DNA of 64,000 nucleotides, from NCBI RefSeq assembly GCF_009914755.1, contig NC_060929.1. One strand, 5' to 3'. Positions 56,112-64,000 of the stretch are shown one piece after another. The notes under the pieces were generated by a model. It did no database searches. It had not been told where the DNA came from and saw only the letters and a program-made list of their open reading frames with translations. A program made the translations under genes and the position numbers. Position 1 is the first letter of the stretch. Each line of letters begins with the position of its first letter. The DNA is from the human T2T-CHM13v2.0 reference genome, Homo sapiens.

Positions 56112-56930
56112 ATAGCATTTTACGAATTCTAAGATGCACAATTTTTCTTACTTACCCATCTACGGCTGGGCACGGTGGCTTGCGCCTGTAATCCCAACAT
56201 TTTGGGAGGCCGAGGCAGGCAGATCACTTAAGGTCAGGAGTTCAAGACCAGCCTAGCCAACATGGTGAAATCCTGTCTCTACTTAAATAAAAAAATTAGC
56301 GGGGTGTTGTGGTGCATGCCTGTAATCCTACCTACTGGGGAGGCTGTGGCGTGAGAATCGCTTGAAACTGGAAGGCGAAGGTTGCAGTGAGCCACTGCAC
56401 TCCAACCTGGGCAACACAGCAAGACTCCACCTCAAAAAAAACTGTGACATTGAGATATGCCTTTTCATCAATGGCTTCTTATGATCACTATGCAGCAAGA
56501 CCAAATGTAGATTTCATTGCTCGTACATGCACTAACTTGGTCATAGCTGCTTATATTGCCAAAGTCATACAGTTATTGGTACGTGCATAGAAAGTTATTG
56601 TGTATGCAGAAAGAGGTATAAATTTCATTTTAGTGACATGAATACTCATTTTGGAGTAATGACCATCACTTTACATTTTCTTGCAAAGCAACAACATAGT
56701 GTTCTACAGGACCTAAGAAGGGAAGATACAAACAGATCTTGTATGTTAACCTACCATGCACTAAGCACTGAAACTTAAAAAAAAAAAAAAGCTAAATCTT
56801 TCAGAATGCATGAAAGGAATTTCAAAGCAACAAGAAGCTGACATAATTTAATTTGCTACATCCTTTTGTTCTTGGCCATTGTAAAATAGTTTTGATCCTA
56901 TCATTTATATTAGGTTTTATGATAGGTGGT
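56112..56930. mobile_element. Kanga/MER104-like Tc2 DNA transposon remnant interrupted by an Alu
   Basis: TIR-like gcattttacgaattctaagatgcac; continues after the Alu with attgagatatgccttttcatcaatgg and ttttcttgcaaagcaacaac...ggacctaagaagggaagata. Confidence 0.55.
56164..56441 (+). mobile_element. AluS (Sx-like)
   Basis: ggctgggcacggtggc...gatcacttaaggtcaggagttcaagacc; short A tail. Confidence 0.93.
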
Positions 56931-58789
56931 AATTCACAAATCACCCAGCATGGCATTGATCTCCTCTTGCTGATGGTGGGACTGTGCCTAAAGCTCCCTT
57001 CCCTGCTCTGCTGGTGCAGAACAACATCAGGAAGTCCAAGTAGTCAAAACCAAAGCCAAACATTGAACATTTGCAACCCCAATTTCAATCATAAAATTAA
57101 CCAACTCTAATGGCAAATCAGTCTTTTGTTCATCGTAGCACAAATGCTCTAGACCACAATTTTTATTTCATTAAAAAGAAAACTGGTCTCCTTTGGCTCT
57201 CTAAGATTTCAAAATAACGATTCTTTGTAATTCCCTAGCAATTGTAGAAAATATTCATTTTACATTATTTCCCGACAATTTAGAACATTTGAGGTTACAT
57301 TGAAATATTTCTTATATAAGAGCAAATGAAGAGGATGGATCTCATATAATCATGGCCAAATAAGTATATTCTTCTTGGTCATATATTTTTATAAATCATT
57401 GAGGAGCAGGGAATGTTGTATGTGCATAAATGTATAACCTATTACAGCAGCCTGAGACCCCATGGGTTATTATTATGTCAGCAGAACTGAGATACTCGGA
57501 TGTGTTTAGTGGTAGAAGCAAGCATTCCATTAATTTGGTTAAGGGACATGAATCAGCTAGTAGGTTGTGAGTTATGTACCTTCCTGACCTTCACAAAAGG
57601 ACACCCTGACTTGGGTTTATACAGTCAGGGGTGCAGTAGGATGTACTGGCCCAGGTCAGAAGAGTGCCAAATTTCCTCAAGGACTCATTTGTCCTCAGGA
57701 AACTCAGAAGCTGGGTCATTAACACCCTGGCCCCAGGTCCTTCCTTACACAACTGTGACACTCTCTGGTGAACCCCTTGTCACTAATCTCACTCTGGGTA
57801 TCTGATTTCTAGCTTTACTACCAGGATGAGAACTTTTTCTGTTAACATAAGTGCTCTCTACCCAGGGCCTTTCCAAGCCCCTGGCTTACAAGACCTATAG
57901 GAACAAGAGATCATTTCTTTTAATTACATGAAGAAATCTGATCGGATGTGAGATCCTTTAAAAGAAACTTTTGACTTCGTTTGTAAAAATATATTAGCAT
58001 TTGTTACTTAAAGTGTTTCCAAGAGTGGAATTTATTTTACACCCTAATTCATTATGAATGCATCATTTTTCATATTCTGTGTACATAAGATTAAGTGAGG
58101 AAAAAGAATAGAGTTTAGAAGTTCTGTCTTTATTTCTCCAGTCCTGCCAAATCTCACTGTTGCTAAGGGAATATATTATTAACTTAGGTATCAGAATTAG
58201 AAAGGTCGTATTGTTCTGATAAAATATGCTGTGACTCTGAGATGTCCAGGTGGAATCAAGAATATATTTCCCCAGATAATTTAATCTCATTTGAAAACTT
58301 AGATGTACTTGGTTCAGGGGAATATGCTGAAATAAAACCCTATCTGCCTCTTCACTCTTTCCTTTCTTCTCAGGAAGGAGAAACAGTGATCATAGCTCAT
58401 TGAAAACTCTCCTGCTGTAGTTTAAAAAGCTATAATATTTGCTTTTTATTCCCTCTTCAAGTTGAGAACAGCTCATTGCCACTTTCTATTCAATGATCCT
58501 TCACTTGACTATTGTTTGTAACACCATTCCCAAGCTTTACTTTTTGACATGTTACAAATCTGTTTTTTTTTCAAACTTTAATCATTTGTTTACGTTTCAA
58601 CATTTCAATATTTCTCTCCTGACCACCACCAGGTAATATGTCTTTCCCACCTATCTTAGACTGTTCTTAAATAAAAATGTGGCTGATATAAAGGGAGAAT
58701 TAAAAAACATAGCTTCCTCTCAGCTTCCTGTAGATAACAATAAATGCACTAGAACTTCAGTTTTTGAACTTTTAATGAGTATCATGGAA

Positions 58790-58995
58790 ATATGTTTTAA
58801 AGCACAGGCTTGAGAGCCATACTGCCAGAACGTGACTCCCACATTTGCCACTTTACTGGCTGAGTGATCTTGGGCAATTAACCACTCTATGCCTCATTTT
58901 CCTCAACTGTAAAATGGGCATAATAATATTCTCCTTAAGTTATTCTAAGGATTAAATTAATGCAACAGATATTAAGTGTTTAGAAAAATACCTGC
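58790..58995 (+). mobile_element. MIR hosting the RPL5 pseudogene
   Basis: MIR core gtgatcttgggcaattaaccactctatgcctcattttcctcaactgtaaaatggg and aggattaaat. Confidence 0.85.
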
Positions 58996-59810
58996 GCTTT
59001 TTCTCTGCCTGGCATTGCTGGGCCTGCAGGTCTGTGTCAAGCCATGGATGAGGGTCTTTGTTCTGCAGAATGGGGTTTGTTAAAGTTGTTAAGAATGAGG
59101 CCTATTTAAGAGATACCAAGTGAAATTTAGGAAATGACAAGAGGGTAGAACTGATTACTATACTCAGAAACACTCTGTGATACAGGATAAAAATAAATAC
59201 AACACACTCAAATACAGGGTGATAGTCTGTGTAACAAACAGAGATATGATTTGTCAGATTACTTATGCCCATATAGAAGGGGATACGGTAGTCTGCGCAG
59301 CATATGTACATGGTACATGAACTACCAAAATAAGGTGTGAAGGTTGGCCTGACAAATTATGCTGCAGCACATTATACTGGCCTGCCACTGGCCCACGGGC
59401 TTCTCGGTAGGTTTGGCATGGACAGGATCTATGAAGGCCAAGTGGAGATGACTGGAGATTAATGTGATGTGGAAAGCATTGATGGTCAGCCTGGTGCCTT
59501 CACCTGCTATTTGGATGTAGGCCTTGCCAGAACCATCACTGGCAATAAAGTTTTTGGGGCCTTGAAGGGAGCTGTTGATAAAGGCTGTTCGGTCCCTCAC
59601 AGTACCAGATGATTCCCTGCTTGTGATTCTGAAAGCAAGGAATTTAATGCAGAAGTGCATGGGAAACACATCATGGGTCAGAATGATGCAGATTACATGC
59701 ATTACCTAATGGAAGCAGATGAAGATGCTTACAAGAAACGGTTCTTTCCGTTCATAAAGAACAGCGAAACTTCAGACCTGATGGAGGAGATATACAATAA
59801 AGCTCATATT

Positions 59811-60303
<493 letters not shown>

Positions 60304-60324
60304 TCAGACAAAAACAATAAACTT

Positions 60325-60807
60325 TTTTTATTTTATTATTATTACACTTAGTTACATATGTATACATGTGCCATGCTGGTGTGCTGCACCCATTAACTCG
60401 TCATTTAGCATTAGGTATATCTCCTAATGCTATCCCTCCCCCACCCCCCACCCCACAACAGTCCCTAGAGTGTGATGTTCCCCTTCCTGTGTCCATGTGT
60501 TCTCATTGTTCAATTCCCACCTGTGAGTGAGAACATGCGGTGTTTGGTTTTTTGTCCTTGCAATAGTTTACTGAGAATGATGATTTCCAATTTCATCCAC
60601 GTCCCTACAGAGGACATGAACTCATCATTTTTTATGGCTGCATAGTATTCCATGGTGTATATGTGCCACATTTTCTTAATCCAGTCTATCATTGTTGGAC
60701 ATTTGGGTTGGTTCCAAGTCTTTGCTATTGTGAATAGTGTCGCAATAAACATACGTGTGCGTGTGTCTTTATAGCAGCATGATTTATAGTCCTTTGGGTA
60801 TATACCC
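60325..60807 (-). mobile_element. 5'-truncated young L1PA (about PA2-PA4), ORF2 C-terminus plus 3'UTR
   Basis: ORF 60510-60818 encodes the L1 ORF2p C-terminus (MFIATLFTIAKTWNQPKCPTMIDWIKKMWHIYTMEYYAAIK). Perfect 16-bp TSD caaaaacaataaactt at 60309-60324 and 60810-60825. Confidence 0.95.
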
Positions 60808-61182
60808 TGCAAAAACAATAAACTTATTGGCTAAGCAGGTTTAAAAAAAAAATACCCTGCAGAAGCAAATTATTACATTTATTATCTAAGTTCCAAAATC
60901 AAAAGTTGGTTATTTGTGTCATGAATCATACTGGAGGCTTATTCTAAATTCTAAATATCCTGTTTATAGCAACTTAAAATGCCAGCTCATTGTATTATAA
61001 TTTTGACATTAATCAACCTGACATTTTTCTTTTATAAAGGTAAGGCATGAACATATTAGCTCTCATGATTCTTTTTTTAAAAAATTATCACTTCTCCCAG
61101 ATTTCCTAAGCCCCATTTCTTTAGCTCTTTAAGTTGTTACTGTGATAAGGGAAAATATTGTTTTCGTGTGATGTGCTGTAAA

Positions 61183-61295
61183 TAGGTTGGGCAGCCATCT
61201 CAGTTTGCCTGAAACGGAGGGGTTTCTCAGGACATGGGACTGTTACTGCTTAAACTGGGAAAGTCTTGGGGAAACCAGGATGGTTGGCTATCCTA
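61183..61295. mobile_element. MER81-like hAT MITE
   Basis: taggttgggcagccatc...gatggttggctatccta TIRs; ctgtaaa repeated on both sides. Confidence 0.8.
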
Positions 61296-61604
61296 CTGTA
61301 AAGCTATTACATAAGGTGGGGTAAAAGAGGAAAGGAAGAATCAGTAGTGGTATTAATCTCATTAAATACAAAAGAATTATTAGTACACCACTGTTCCCTT
61401 GATTTTTGACTCATGCAATCTCTGATGAGTATCTGAAGGGTAAAATTGCACTCAACTAATTAACTCTAAATGTCAGGCATTTGGACATCGTGTTTTTTTT
61501 TTTCCTTTTGCTACCATCATCATCTGTGGAATGTATTTCTTCTCCTTCATTTTATGCTGTTCTGCTTTCCTCTGATTGTGTCATGCTTCTTCTTTTTCTT
61601 TTAG

Positions 61605-61729
61605 GTCAACTCAAATCAAAACATACTCTTGGGACAATGCCCAAGTTATTCTGGTTGGGAACAAGTGTGACATGGAAGACGAGCGGGTCATCTCAACTGA
61701 GCGAGGTCAACATTTAGGAGAACAGCTTG
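61605..61729 (+). CDS. RAB3C: Internal coding exon of Rab3C small GTPase (contains the G4 box GNKCD), 125 bp, phase 2 start and phase 1 end
   Basis: Polypyrimidine tract and ttag acceptor ending at 61604, GTAAGA donor at 61730. Translation (W)[41 protein letters not shown](G). The [14 protein letters not shown] segment matches RAB3C rather than RAB3A, B or D as I recall them. Confidence 0.97.
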
Positions 61730-62109
61730 GTAAGAAACAAATTAATAAGTTAAAAAGAAAGATAATTTGCTTATTATATGTAACTCTGTACAGAGTCCGA
61801 GCTAATTGTCAGGGTGGAGTTAATGAAATGTTTGTCAATCTAAGAGTGGAAAGCAACATAATCCTCCCTAAGTGGACAATATATTTTCTCCCACTTACTA
61901 TGGCATCATGAGAGCTCAAGCGCAATTACAGAAGCAAAAATGATACTCAGAATTTTGGTCTTAGTACAAGGTATTTAAATTCTTATTCCATGAGAAACAC
62001 AGGTTATGCCTTGTCCGTTATTTTTGGTTTTTTTCCCCCATACTCTATTTTGCATTCAGTGAGCTCTTTATTTTATTGTGTGATTATTGTTCTCAAGTTT
62101 CCATTGGAG

Positions 62110-63100
62110 GAGGATAATGGCACAGAATAGGTCACATCCTAGATTCTGATTCTAGTGACATCACTGATAAGCCATGTTACTGTTACAAATCCTTTTGAGA
62201 CTTAGTCACCCCATCTCTTCAGAATGAGTATCATAGCCCGTGCCTATTTAACCAAGTCCTTGTAGATAAGATCAAATGAGATAATAGATATGAGAAAGTT
62301 TCAGAAATGGCAAAGCCATTTCAAACACAAAACATTGTATCTAAAGAGAAAAATGCTGGAGTGAGAAGGGTAGAGATTTAATACAAAGGAGGGATTGATG
62401 ATTGATGATTGATTGATTGAGTCAAGAAATTTTTACTGGGTACTCGTTGTATGCTTTATATTATGCCAAACATCATGGGGTATACAAAAAAGTAATTCAC
62501 AGTCCCTAGGCTCAAGTTGCTCCCAATCGAGTGGACACTGAAGACTGGAGATATACATAAGGAAGCAGAAATACAAGTCAACAAAAACAGGTCAATGAGG
62601 AGATAAGCTGCAAGGCAGATGCCAACAGGAAAGCAACAGGGAGAGGGAGGCAGACACAGGAAGGGGAAAAACATTGCCGGAAGGAGATGTAGGAGTGGAG
62701 TGTGATGGGAGGAAGATAAAGAGCAATGCAGAGAGGGCCCCCGGGGAGATCAGGTGTGGAAATGAATACACCAAGAGGAAGAGATGAGTGATGAGGGGAG
62801 ATGGAGATCATATGGGTGAAATGGCAAGATACAGCTTGAATGGTCTCTGAAGGAGAGTAGAATTTGCAACTACAAAGGAGATGAGGCATTATGAGTAAAG
62901 GGCACAGTCATGCATGGACATTGAGATGAGCATAAGGTGAGAGGACAGTGAATAGAAAAGTGAGAACCTAGCAGAAAGTTGCAGAACTGAGTTGTGGATT
63001 TGGGGAACAACTCCAGTCCTAGAGGTGAAGGAGTTGGAATTCTTTTTGTTTTTTGTTTGTTTTTGGTAGACCACTGAGAATATTGAGGCATTCTTAGCAA
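62110..63100. mobile_element. MIR (+, about 62110-62340) and L2 3' region (-, about 62395-63100) with a (TGAT)n tail
   Basis: agatcaaatgagataatagatatg MIR end; gattgattgattgagtcaagaaatttttactgggtac L2 tail. Confidence 0.65.
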
Positions 63101-63134
63101 AGAAGAGTTTGACTTTTAACCTTTTTGGCCAGGA

Positions 63135-63358
63135 CCTGCAGTAAGAAATACTTTCAATTTAGCAACCCAATACATACATATATAAAACTTCTGTAAAACA
63201 AAAGTTTTACAAAACACATTTTAACTTTACTTGATGAGATTCACTCTGTTTTCTGTCTTACTTTTCTTTCTTCTTTTTTCTTAAATGGTGGTCCCAACCC
63301 ACTAAGTTGATCCCCAGAAGCAGTAATGTGTCTCAATCTATAATTTGAAAAACACTGT
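63135..63358. mobile_element. MER5C-like hAT fragment
   Basis: cagtaagaaatac, ccactaagttgat, tttgaaaaacactg terminus. Confidence 0.55.
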
Positions 63359-64000
63359 TATAAAGGGGATGATTTGGGATTAATCTGCTGGTGTTGTGCA
63401 ACATGAGTCAGAAAAGCAAAGTCCCTCTCATTGGGTCACTCTTCCTCTTGATCATCTCATAACTAATCTAAATACAGTTCACTCTGAAAGTTTGACCATT
63501 TCTCATGAGCTTAATGAGTTCCTTAGACTAAAATCTATCCCTGGATGGCCACAAGAACACTTCCACCAAATATTCTTAGAGCCACCCAGGAGAAAGTTAC
63601 CTGGCTGGTGTACGGTCTCCTGTGGCAGCTTTTGAAGTTACCATCTCTGCCACAGGGCCTCTTCCCACTCTACTGATTAAACAATATGAAGAGTCTGAAA
63701 AAAATGATAACTTTTTTTCTTAATCCTCTTAGGACCTCGGAAAGATAAGAATGGGAAATAATAGATCCCCAAAGAAAGAGAGGGAGGAAACCTGGGAGAG
63801 GGTTGGCAGGTTGGCTTCCCAAGATGGTCTCTTCCCTGTCTTCCTGTGTTTTCTTAACTAGCTGGGCACATGCCAGGATGGGGAAGAAACTGCTACACAG
63901 ATGTAGGCTGTCTCTATGAATAAAAATGAAAACTGTTTGGTTAAAAAATATATATATGTATCTCCAAGCCAAGAATTGTTTAATGTCATTGATACATAGG

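Noticed and set aside
60510-60818. ORF with clear protein homology
   Set aside because: C-terminal fragment of L1 ORF2p in a truncated insertion.
61576-61911. 111-aa ORF as a standalone Rab-like gene
   Set aside because: Only 61605-61729 is Rab3-like and is bounded by canonical splice sites; the rest is intron.

Overview
Primate (human-like) genomic DNA, AT-rich and repeat-dense, with no prokaryotic features. Almost the whole window is one long intron of RAB3C on the + strand. The only protein-coding exon I can support is a 125-bp internal exon at 61605-61729 ([41 protein letters not shown]). About 750 bp upstream lies a full-length processed RPL5 pseudogene that landed in a MIR and was later interrupted by an AluJ and a young L1PA 3' fragment, all with readable target-site duplications (TSDs). 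The rest is Alu, L1, L2, MIR, MaLR LTR, hAT and Tc-mariner fossils, microsatellites and unique DNA. The most unusual signals are: an inverted MLT1A LTR pair (44.0 and 46.3 kb) that is too similar for independent ancient insertions and shares flank; a perfect 30-bp hairpin at 17.45 kb; a 59-bp poly(A)-signal-bearing micro-retrocopy with a perfect 16-bp TSD at 27.15 kb; a CpG-retaining intronic patch at 23.5 kb with a downstream CAG|GTAAGT site; and stacked sense poly(A) signals just before the RAB3C exon. Repeat subfamily names come from remembered consensus sequences, and boundaries of old repeats are approximate. I found no evidence for a new protein-coding system.
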